From the NCBI GenBank assembly GCA_022340425.1, contig JAJDNY010000162.1, positions 11,632 to 75,631 of the forward strand: 64,000 bases of DNA, in the 5' to 3' direction. A program made the position numbers and the translations under genes. The notes beneath the pieces were generated by a model. That model saw nothing but the letters and a program-made list of their open reading frames with translations, had not been told where the DNA came from and made no database searches. Positions 54,642 through 64,000 of the stretch are shown here, one piece after another; position 1 is the stretch's first letter; each line of letters opens with the position of its first letter. The DNA is from Desulfobacteraceae bacterium (GTDB lineage Bacteria > Desulfobacterota > Desulfobacteria > Desulfobacterales > JAABRJ01).

Positions 54642-54710
54642 GGCCGAGGCTGCGCCCCAGCCCGCTGGCCACTCGGGCCGCCCGCTGCCCCCAAAGCGGA
54701 AATCAACCCC

Positions 54711-55796
54711 ATGAACCTACCGGCACCCGACTACATCCTGGCGATCCAGCCCTACGAACCCGGCAAGCCCTGTGAAGAACTGGAGCGGGAGTACGGCATT
54801 TCCGATTCGGTCAAACTGGCCTCCAACGAAAACCCGCTGGGGCCTTCGCCCCTGGCGGCGGCGGCCGTCAAGGACTGCCTGAACAGCCTCCACCGCTACC
54901 CCGATGCCACCGGCTACCGATTGACCCGGCAGTTGGCGGCCAAGCTCGGCGTGAGCCCCGCCAACATCGTTCTGGGAAATGGCTCAGACGATCTCATCGG
55001 CATGCTGGCGCGGGTCTTTCTGCAGCCCGGCGACGAGGTCCTGATTCCCAAGCCGGCCTTTATGATGTACGACATCACGGTGCGCGCCGCGGGCGCCGTT
55101 CCGATATACTCCCCCTTGCGGGAGCTGGTCATCGATCTCGAGGACATGGCCCGCCGGATGGGGCCCAAAACCCGGATGGTGTTCATCACCAACCCCCACA
55201 ACCCCACCGGCAGCGTGGTGACCCGGGCGGCCATGGACCGGTTTCTCTCGGCCTTGCCCGCCGGGGTGGTGGTGGTCCTCGACGAGGCCTATGTTGAGTT
55301 CGTGCGCAACCCGGACAGTCCCGACGGCTGCCGCTATCTCGACGAAAACCGGCTGCTGGTGGCGCTACGGACCTTTTCCAAGGCCTACGGTCTGGCTGGG
55401 CTGCGGATCGGCTACGGCCTCATGCCGCAGGCGGTCGCGGAGTTGCTCCACCGCATCCGCCAGCCCTTCAACACCAATGCCCTCGCCCAGGCCGCGGCCT
55501 GCGCCGCGCTGGAGGACAGCACGCACCTGGCACACACCCTGAAGACCGTGCACGAGGGCCTGGCCTACCTCCAAGCCGGTCTGCGACGCATGCAGGTCCG
55601 CTATTTTGAAACCGAGGCCAATTTCTTCCTGATCGACCTGGAACGCGACGCGGCCGCCGTCCATCAAAAACTGCTGCGCCAGGGGGTCATCGTACGCCCC
55701 ATGGGCGGCTACGGGTATCCCCGCTTCCTGAGGGTCAACGCCGGCCTTCCCAGTGAAAACGAGCGCTTCTTGAAGGCGCTGGCGGCGGCCCTTTAG
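54711..55796 (+). CDS. hisC: Histidinol-phosphate aminotransferase
   Basis: 361 aa. LASNENPLGPSP, NPHNPTG and the RTFSKAYGLAGLRIGY lysine motif. Confidence 0.85.
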   Translation: MNLPAPDYILAIQPYEPGKPCEELEREYGISDSVKLASNENPLGPSPLAAAAVKDCLNSLHRYPDATGYRLTRQLAAKLGVSPANIVLGNGSDDLIGMLARVFLQPGDEVLIPKPAFMMYDITVRAAGAVPIYSPLRELVIDLEDMARRMGPKTRMVFITNPHNPTGSVVTRAAMDRFLSALPAGVVVVLDEAYVEFVRNPDSPDGCRYLDENRLLVALRTFSKAYGLAGLRIGYGLMPQAVAELLHRIRQPFNTNALAQAAACAALEDSTHLAHTLKTVHEGLAYLQAGLRRMQVRYFETEANFFLIDLERDAAAVHQKLLRQGVIVRPMGGYGYPRFLRVNAGLPSENERFLKALAAAL

Positions 55797-55813
55797 ACCG
55801 GCCGCGACTTCTG

Positions 55814-56530
55814 ATGAGGCAACGGGTCATGGCTTCGGATCCCACCCACCGCCGTCTGGTCATCACCATCGACGGGCCCGCCGGCGCCGGCAAGACCACG
55901 GTCAGCCGCACTCTGGCCCAGCGGCTGGGGTATCGCTACGTGGATACCGGCGCGCTCTACCGCGCGGTGGCCCTGGCGGCGCTCCAGGCCGGACTGCGGT
56001 CCGACGATGACGCGGGCCTGGAGCGGCTCTGCGGCCGACTGAAGCTCGCCTTTGCATCCGCCCAAAACGGCAGCCCGCGCCTGCTCTCAGACGGAGTCGA
56101 CGTCAGCGGCCAGATCCGCTCGCCGGAGGTCACCCTGATGGCCTCGGCGGTATCGGCGCGCCCGCCGGTTCGCCGAGGGTTGCTGCGCATGCAGCGCGAA
56201 CTGGGCCGCGAGGGCGGGGCCGTGTTCGAGGGCCGGGACATGGGCACGGTGGTTTTTCCGGGGGCGGACGTCAAATTTTTCCTGGATGCCTCCCCCCACA
56301 CCCGGGCCCTGCGGCGCTATGCGGAAATCCATGCCACGACCGGCCAGAGCCTGGCCGAAATCGAGGCGGCCATCCGCCAGCGAGACGCCAACGACCGCAA
56401 CCGGAAGCTGGCGCCGCTGCAGCCGGCGGAGGATGCCATTTCCGTGGATTCCACCGATCTCACGATTGAACAGGTGGTCGAGCAGATGCTGGGCCATGTT
56501 CTGCGAAAAAAACACCAACTCTCTGCATAA
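55814..56530 (+). CDS. cmk: Cytidylate kinase
   Basis: ITIDGPAGAGKTTVSR...YVDTGALYR. The true start may be ATG 55829. Confidence 0.85.
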   Translation: MRQRVMASDPTHRRLVITIDGPAGAGKTTVSRTLAQRLGYRYVDTGALYRAVALAALQAGLRSDDDAGLERLCGRLKLAFASAQNGSPRLLSDGVDVSGQIRSPEVTLMASAVSARPPVRRGLLRMQRELGREGGAVFEGRDMGTVVFPGADVKFFLDASPHTRALRRYAEIHATTGQSLAEIEAAIRQRDANDRNRKLAPLQPAEDAISVDSTDLTIEQVVEQMLGHVLRKKHQLSA

Positions 56531-56681
56531 TCCCGCCCGCTCCCGGCGCCGGCAGCTTTTCCCGGCCGTGGAACCTCACTTTAAAGTTGTTTTTTTTTCG
56601 TTTGTCTGATAGTAGGGTCGATTTATGCGATTCCCTTCGGAAGGGACGCAATCAAACCAGGTAAGGGGGACTTTTTGTTTC

Positions 56682-58490
56682 ATGGAAAATTTAACAGAAA
56701 ACGATTCTAAACAACCGCAGGAGTTGCAGGAAACCGCAGAGACGGCCGCCACCGCGACCAGCGACCCGTCTTTGGCCGAAGCCGACGTCGATACCGACAG
56801 CGCCCCGGCCGAAGAAACCATGGAAGACTTGATGGAAATGTACGAAGAGAGCATCAAGCGCTTCCGGGAAGGCGAGGTCGTCACCGGCAGGATCATCGCC
56901 GTTGACAAGGACTACGTTCTGGTGGACATCGGCTACAAGTCCGAAGGCCAGATCCGCATCCAGGAATTCCGCGATGAAAACGGCGAAATCAACGCCAAGC
57001 TCAACGACGAAGTCGAGGTGATGGTGGAATACTGGGATGACGAAGAGGAGCGCGTCATCCTGTCCAAGGAAAAAGCCGCCAAGGTCAAGGTCTGGGATGC
57101 CATCAAAACCTGCTACGACGACAACGGCACCATCGAGGGAGTCATCACCAACCGGGTCAAGGGCGGCTTTTCGGTGGACGTCGGCGTCCAGGCGTTTCTG
57201 CCGGGTTCCCAGGCTGATCTGCGCCCCATCCGCAATCTGGATGAGCTGGTGGGCAAAAGCTTCCCCTTCCGGATTCTCAAATACAACCGCAAACGCAGCA
57301 ACATCGTGCTCTCAAGGCGGGTGCTGCTGGAAGAGGAGCGCGAGGCCAAGCGCTCCCAGACCCTCAGTTCGATCCATGAGGGCAAGATCATGGCCGGGAC
57401 CGTCAAGAACATCACCGAGTACGGCGTCTTCGTCGACTTAGGCGGCCTGGACGGCCTGCTGCACATCACCGATATTTCCTGGGGGCGCGTCAAGCATCCC
57501 TCGGAGCTCTATTCCGTGGGCGACAAGATCCAGGTCAAGGTCCTGCATCTGGACCTCGAGAAAGAGCGCGTCTCGCTGGGTGTCAAGCAGCTGGTACCGG
57601 ATCCCTGGACCACCGCCGCCGAAAAGTATCCGGTCGGCTCGCGGGTCAACGGGAAAGTTGTCAGCCTGACCGACTACGGCGCCTTCGTGGAATTGGAGGA
57701 GGGCATTGAGGGTCTGATCCACGTCTCGGAAATGTCCTGGACCCGCAAGGTCCGCCACCCCTCCAAGGTGGTTTCGGTGGGGGAGATGGTCGACGCGGTG
57801 GTGCTCGACATCAAGCCCGACAACCGCCGGATCTCGCTGGGGATGAAACAGGTGGTGCCCAACCCGTGGGATGTGATCAACGAGAAATACCCGATCGGGA
57901 CCACCATCGAGGGCAAGATCAAGAACATCACCGACTTCGGTCTGTTCGTGGGCATCGACGAGGGCATCGACGGGTTGATCCACATCTCCGACATTTCGTG
58001 GACCAAACGCATCAAACACCCCAATGAGGTCTACAAAAAAGGTGACCTGGTGCAGGCCATCGTTCTGGACATCGACAAGGAGAACGAACGCTTTTCGCTG
58101 GGCATCAAGCAGCTCCAGTCCGATCCCTGGCAGACCGTGGCCGAGCGCTACGATGTCGGCAAGGAGATCACCGGAACGGTGACCAATGTGACCGATTTCG
58201 GTGTTTTCGTCGAACTCGAGGAAGGCATCGAGGGGCTGGTCCACGTCTCGGAGATCAGCAAGGAGAAAATCAAGACCCCCGTCGGCATGTACAACGTCGG
58301 CGACGTGATCACCGCCCGGGTGATGAACATCAATAGCGACGACCGCCGCATCGGGCTCTCCATCAAGCGGATGGACATGGAAGACGACCAATCCCTGCTC
58401 AGCGATTACGTCAACAGCATGGGACCGGCCACCTCTTCCTTCGGCGAGATTCTGCGCGAAAACTTGCAGGGCAAGCTGAACGAGGAATAA
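56682..58490 (+). CDS. rpsA: 30S ribosomal protein S1
   Basis: The start is the internal ATG (MENLTEND...). There are six S1 (OB-fold) repeats with the recurring GxV..i..fGaFV.l..gveGLlHiSe pattern. The cmk-rpsA synteny is conserved. Confidence 0.9.
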   Translation: MENLTENDSKQPQELQETAETAATATSDPSLAEADVDTDSAPAEETMEDLMEMYEESIKRFREGEVVTGRIIAVDKDYVLVDIGYKSEGQIRIQEFRDENGEINAKLNDEVEVMVEYWDDEEERVILSKEKAAKVKVWDAIKTCYDDNGTIEGVITNRVKGGFSVDVGVQAFLPGSQADLRPIRNLDELVGKSFPFRILKYNRKRSNIVLSRRVLLEEEREAKRSQTLSSIHEGKIMAGTVKNITEYGVFVDLGGLDGLLHITDISWGRVKHPSELYSVGDKIQVKVLHLDLEKERVSLGVKQLVPDPWTTAAEKYPVGSRVNGKVVSLTDYGAFVELEEGIEGLIHVSEMSWTRKVRHPSKVVSVGEMVDAVVLDIKPDNRRISLGMKQVVPNPWDVINEKYPIGTTIEGKIKNITDFGLFVGIDEGIDGLIHISDISWTKRIKHPNEVYKKGDLVQAIVLDIDKENERFSLGIKQLQSDPWQTVAERYDVGKEITGTVTNVTDFGVFVELEEGIEGLVHVSEISKEKIKTPVGMYNVGDVITARVMNINSDDRRIGLSIKRMDMEDDQSLLSDYVNSMGPATSSFGEILRENLQGKLNEE

Positions 58491-58525
58491 GGGCGCGCTT
58501 GCTGCCGCAAGCAGCATACAGCGAC

Positions 58526-58566
58526 GGGCAGGGTTCGGGGAGTGCACCCCCGGCCCTGCCCGTTTT
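58526..58566 (+). terminator. Probable rho-independent terminator of rpsA
   Basis: GGGCAGGG...CCCTGCCC stem (with a GC-rich extension) followed by GTTTT. Confidence 0.5.
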
Positions 58567-58568
58567 GA

Positions 58569-58728
58569 CTTTGACAGTTCCGTAAAATGGCCAATTTCTG
58601 CGTTGCGCTGCATCTCGAAGTCGCTGCGACGTACAATCGTACGCCTCACTCCTCGAGATTTGCGCGCCGTAACTTGACCTTTTTACGAAACTGTCTGGAT
58701 TTTGACTTTTTACTGGTTCATCAACTTT
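58569..58728 (+). repeat. Dispersed ~160-bp imperfect-palindrome element, copy B
   Basis: See copy A. The arms are inverted copies of each other: the left arm is GACAGTTCCGTAAAATGGCCAA and the reverse complement of the right arm is GACAGTTTCGTAAAAAGGTCAA. Confidence 0.75.
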
Positions 58729-58779
58729 CACCGTCACTTTTTTTGATTCCCACCCGAACAGCCCGGGGAAGGTTCCATC

Positions 58780-59670
58780 ATGTTCGCGCGCCGACACCCC
58801 TTTCTGTTTTTTCTGCTGGCCTTGACCGCCCTGGTGGGCGGCACCGTGGTCTGCCTTTCCCTGATCCTCACCCTGGGCTTTGGGGTTCCCCGGCTTGACC
58901 TGGGCCCGAAGGTGGGGGTGATCGAGATTTCGGGCGCCATCACCGAGGCCGAGGACACCCTCGCGCGCCTGAAAGCGTTCCGGGAGGACGACACGGTGCA
59001 GGCCATCGTCATCCGCATCGATTCCCCGGGCGGCGGTGTGGGGCCCGCCCAGGAGATCTACAGCGAAATCCGCAAGACCATACCCACCAAGAAAATCATC
59101 GCCTCCATGGGCAGCGTCGCGGCCTCGGGAGGCTACTACCTGGCGGCGGCCGCCAACGGGATAGTGGCCAACCCGGGCACCATCACCGGCAGCATCGGGG
59201 TGATCATGGGCTACACCGACCTGCAGGAGGTCTTTCGCAAGATCGGACTGACACCGGTGGTGATCAAAAGCGGGGCCTTCAAAGACATGGGCTCACCGCT
59301 GCGGGAGATGAGCGCTGAGGAGCGCGCCATCCTGCAGGGCTTCGTGGACCAGATCCACGAACAGTTCGTCCAGGCCGTGGCAGAGGGCCGCAACATGGAC
59401 AGCGCCGCGGTGGCGCCGCTGGCCGACGGCCGCATCTACAGCGGACAGGAAGCCCTCAAATTGGGATTGGTGGACCGGCTCGGCAACCTCAGCGATGCCA
59501 TCGCCTGGGCCGGCAACCTGGGAGGGATCGAGGGGGAGCCCGAAGTGGTCTATGCCCGCGAAAAAACCGGGGCCTTCCTGAAATACTTCCTGGAGACGGC
59601 CGTCAAGGCCGTGATCGAGCAGATCCCCGCGGCCCTCTCCGGCAGCGGGTACCTCACCCCCGGCCGCTGA
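58780..59670 (+). CDS. sppA: Signal peptide peptidase SppA (36K type)
   Basis: N-terminal TM, then IDSPGGGV, GSVAASGGYYLA and the KSGAFKD lysine region. Confidence 0.85.
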   Translation: MFARRHPFLFFLLALTALVGGTVVCLSLILTLGFGVPRLDLGPKVGVIEISGAITEAEDTLARLKAFREDDTVQAIVIRIDSPGGGVGPAQEIYSEIRKTIPTKKIIASMGSVAASGGYYLAAAANGIVANPGTITGSIGVIMGYTDLQEVFRKIGLTPVVIKSGAFKDMGSPLREMSAEERAILQGFVDQIHEQFVQAVAEGRNMDSAAVAPLADGRIYSGQEALKLGLVDRLGNLSDAIAWAGNLGGIEGEPEVVYAREKTGAFLKYFLETAVKAVIEQIPAALSGSGYLTPGR

Positions 59671-59694
59671 TACCGCCGCGACCCGGCACCTCCC

Positions 59695-60303
59695 CTATTC
59701 GAACATACTCACATCCCCCATCCCTCGGCGAATCACCTCGGGAACGTCGTCGATCAGCGAGATGACGCTGGAGGGTTCCCCCGCCACGATGCCGCCGTCA
59801 ATCACGATGTCGATCCGGCTGCCGAAATAATCCTGGATCAGGGTCGGGTCGTGGAAGACCGACCCCTCGGGGGTGGCGGCGCTGGTGGTCAGGATCGGAT
59901 TGCCCAACTCCTTGACCAGGGCGATGCAGATGGCGTTGTCGGGCACCCGAATGCCGGCCGTGCGCCGCTTGGTCAACATGATCTTCGGCACCAGGCGCGA
60001 GCCCTCCAGAACGAAGGTGTAAGGCCCGGGAAGCAGCCGTCTCATGGTTTTGTAAGCGTAGTTGGAGACTTTGGCATAGCTGCTGATGGTGGTCAGATCC
60101 GAGCAGATGAAGCTGAAAGGGTTTTTCTTGTCGCGCTGTTTGAGCTGGTAAATCCGCTCGATGGCGTGCTTGCTCATGATATCGCAGCCTATGCCGTAAA
60201 AGGTGTCGGTGGGATAGGCGATCACCCCGCCGCCCCTCAGGGTGTCGACCACTTTGCGGATCAGGCGCGGTTGGGGATTCTGGGGATTGATCTGAATCAA
60301 CAT
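59695..60303 (-). CDS. tsaC: L-threonylcarbamoyladenylate synthase (TsaC/YrdC family)
   Basis: The start is the internal ATG (MLIQINPQNP...). GGVIAYPTDTFYGIGCD is the hallmark motif. Confidence 0.8.
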   Translation of the reverse strand: MLIQINPQNPQPRLIRKVVDTLRGGGVIAYPTDTFYGIGCDIMSKHAIERIYQLKQRDKKNPFSFICSDLTTISSYAKVSNYAYKTMRRLLPGPYTFVLEGSRLVPKIMLTKRRTAGIRVPDNAICIALVKELGNPILTTSAATPEGSVFHDPTLIQDYFGSRIDIVIDGGIVAGEPSSVISLIDDVPEVIRRGMGDVSMFE

Positions 60304-60416
60304 GACGATCGGGTCCTGTGGTGCCTGCTGGGGGTTGAAAAACGGGCGGCCCGCGAGCAAATAAGACTCGTTCCCTATTACGCCCGAGGGTCCAAGTCAA
60401 CCGCTCAAATTAAAAA

Positions 60417-60445
60417 TTGACCTGATCCGATGCTTTCGCTATAGG
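60417..60445 (+). promoter_or_regulatory. Candidate sigma70 promoter upstream of guaB
   Basis: TTGACC (60417..60422), a 17-nt spacer and TATAGG (60440..60445), about 100 nt before the guaB ATG. Confidence 0.35.
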
Positions 60446-60481
60446 GGTGGGTTAAAATTTTTCGTGCGTTCACGTGCCTGA

Positions 60482-62005
<1,524 letters not shown>

Positions 62006-62228
62006 GACCGCCCGCTGACCTCGGGCGTTGGGCCATTGCCCCGCCCGCGGCGACGGCCGCCCCCAACCCCGGCCGGCCGCCGCCTGCACCGCCCTTGCCG
62101 GTCCCTTCCACAATCGGTTGTTGTGCTGACGCCGCGGCCATGCTATATATGGGCCGCTGGCGGGGCCATCCGCCTGAATTTAAATCGCTTCTCCCGCTTT
62201 TCACCCCCCACTTCAGACAGGTACCCGA

Positions 62229-64000
62229 ATGCCTTCGACACCTGACTTCGTCCATCTCCACGTCCACACCCAATACAGCCTCCTGGACGGCGCCATCCGC
62301 ATCGATTCGCTCCTCAAGCGGGTGACCGAATTCGGGATGTCCAGCGTGGCGATCACCGATCACGGCACCATGTTCGGGGCCGTCGAGTTTTACGACAAGG
62401 CCCGCCAGGCGGGCATCAAGCCGATCATCGGCTGCGAGTGCTACGTGGCGCCGCGCACCCTGCGGGACAAAACCCCCCTGGACAGCAAAGGAGTGACCCA
62501 CCTGATCCTGCTGGCCCAAAACCAGGAGGGCTACCGCAATCTCTGCCAGCTGGCGTCGATTGCCCAGCTCCAGGGGTTTTACTACAAACCGCGCATCGAC
62601 AAGAGCCTCCTGCAGGCCCACAGCAAGGGGCTGATCGCCCTTTCGGCCTGTCTGCAGGGCGAAATTCCGCGCCGCATCCGGGAAAACCGCCTGGATCTGG
62701 CCGATGCGGCCGCCCAAAGCTACCTGGAGATCTTCGGCGAGAACAACTTCTATTTGGAGGTCCAGCACAACGGGATCGAACTCCAGGAGCGGGTCAACGC
62801 GGCCCTGCGCGACATGAGCGCCCGCCTCTCGATCCCGCTGGTGGCCAGCAACGATTGCCATTACCTGGACAAGGACGACGTGCGCGCCCACGATGTCCTG
62901 CTGTGCATCCAGACCGGCAAGACCGTACGCGACAGCGAGCGTTTCAAATTCCGCACCGACCAGCTTTATTTCAAACCCCAGGAGGAGATGGCCGTCTATT
63001 TCAAGGACTACCCCGGCGCTATCGAAAACAGCGTCGCCATCGCCGAGCGCTGCCAGATCGAATTCGACTTCGGCACCTACCATTTTCCCCAGTTCGCCAC
63101 CGAAACCGGCATGCCGCCGGCGGCGCTTTTCGAGCGCCAGGTGCGCGAGGGCTACGCGCGGGTCATGCAGAAAATCCGCCAGCTGAACCCCGCTGTGGAC
63201 GAATCCGCCTATCGCGAACGCCTGGAGTTTGAAATCGAGATCATCAAAAGGATGAACTTCCCCGGCTATTTTCTGATCGTGGCCGACTTTATCCGCTATG
63301 CCAAGGACCACAATATCCCCGTCGGGCCCGGGCGCGGTTCGGCGGCCGGCAGTCTGGTGGCCTACAGCCTGGGGATCACCGACCTCGACCCCCTGGCCCA
63401 CGGGCTGATTTTCGAGCGCTTTCTCAACCCCTCGCGCTCCAGTATGCCGGATATCGACGTGGATTTCTGCATCAACGGCCGTGAGGAGGTCTTCAAGTAC
63501 GTCGTCCAGAAATACGGCGGCGGGGACTACGTGGCCCAGATCATCACCTTCGGAAAACTCAAGACCCGCGCCGTGATCCGGGATGTAGGGCGCGCCCTGG
63601 ACATTCCCCTGCGGGAGGTGGACGCCATCGCCAAGATGGTGCCCGACAAGCTCGGGATCAAACTCGACGAAGCCCTCCGGCAGGAGCCCAAGCTGGCCCA
63701 GCTGGCCCAGGAGCAGCCGGAGATCGGCGATCTGATCAATATCTGCCGGGTCCTGGAGGGGCTGCCGCGGCACGCCTCGACCCACGCCGCCGGGGTGGTC
63801 ATCGGCGACAAACCGCTGGTGGAATACCTGCCGCTTTACCGGGGCAAGAACAACGAAGTGGTGACCCAATTCGACATGAAGCGGGTCGAGCAGATCGGGC
63901 TGGTGAAGTTCGACTTCCTGGGGTTGCGCAACCTGACGGTGATCCAAAATGCGCTCGCGCTGATCCAGGACCTGGAGCAGGAACCGCCCGATCTGGCCAA
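62229..64000 (+). CDS. dnaE: DNA polymerase III alpha subunit, N-terminal ~590 codons (runs off the right edge)
   Basis: Not in the ORF track because it is open at the window edge. ATG 62229 reads MPSTPDFVHLHVHTQYSLLDGAIRIDSL...ITDHGTMFGAVEFY (PHP domain), and the frame continues open through ...KFDFLGLRNLTVIQNALALIQ. Confidence 0.9.
   Translation, partial: MPSTPDFVHLHVHTQYSLLDGAIRIDSLLKRVTEFGMSSVAITDHGTMFGAVEFYDKARQAGIKPIIGCECYVAPRTLRDKTPLDSKGVTHLILLAQNQEGYRNLCQLASIAQLQGFYYKPRIDKSLLQAHSKGLIALSACLQGEIPRRIRENRLDLADAAAQSYLEIFGENNFYLEVQHNGIELQERVNAALRDMSARLSIPLVASNDCHYLDKDDVRAHDVLLCIQTGKTVRDSERFKFRTDQLYFKPQEEMAVYFKDYPGAIENSVAIAERCQIEFDFGTYHFPQFATETGMPPAALFERQVREGYARVMQKIRQLNPAVDESAYRERLEFEIEIIKRMNFPGYFLIVADFIRYAKDHNIPVGPGRGSAAGSLVAYSLGITDLDPLAHGLIFERFLNPSRSSMPDIDVDFCINGREEVFKYVVQKYGGGDYVAQIITFGKLKTRAVIRDVGRALDIPLREVDAIAKMVPDKLGIKLDEALRQEPKLAQLAQEQPEIGDLINICRVLEGLPRHASTHAAGVVIGDKPLVEYLPLYRGKNNEVVTQFDMKRVEQIGLVKFDFLGLRNLTVIQNALALIQDLEQEPPDLA

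Overview
High-GC bacterial chromosomal window. In single 60-nt lines I counted by hand, GC was about 68% in alaS and about 48-55% in two atypical genes. The gene content points to an anaerobic deltaproteobacterium-like (Desulfobacterota/Myxococcota-type) organism: selenocysteine decoding, a four-subunit 2-oxoacid:ferredoxin oxidoreductase, LarC, and many Ser/Thr kinases and STAND/TPR signalling proteins. This placement is inference only. I can support about 45 protein genes and one RNA gene (tRNA-Sec). I recognised no rRNA, CRISPR array, transposase or integrase. Housekeeping blocks are lon(partial)-pilD; tpx; pgpA-thpR-recA-alaS; dapB, a murU/amgK-like fusion and plsB; a kor-type oxidoreductase followed by hisC-cmk-rpsA-sppA; and tsaC, guaB and dnaE(partial). 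Main points follow. (1) An accessory block at about 24.0-41.6 kb lies between alaS and a peptide-type SBP gene. It holds a TIR-TM-TPR protein and a Zn-ribbon/class III cyclase/STAND-ATPase/TPR protein. It also holds a four-gene minus-strand operon: a cytoplasmic gingipain-like C25 protease, a 1843-aa dual-lipase + CHAT protease, an unrecognisable 112-aa protein, and an orphan Hcp. A PilZ-like/cNMP-binding Ser/Thr kinase sits just upstream of that operon. The operon is my best candidate for an undescribed system. (2) A GrdB-family selenoprotein is split by the ORF track at an in-frame UGA that is followed by a SECIS-like hairpin, and selC lies 12 kb away. (3) A low-GC gene encodes a secreted protein made of 7 tandem ~50-aa repeats. 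(4) Two membrane GTPase genes overlap by 19 nt. (5) A ~160-bp imperfect-palindrome repeat occurs in three intergenic copies. Most long ORFs in the track that lie antisense to these genes are high-GC artefacts.
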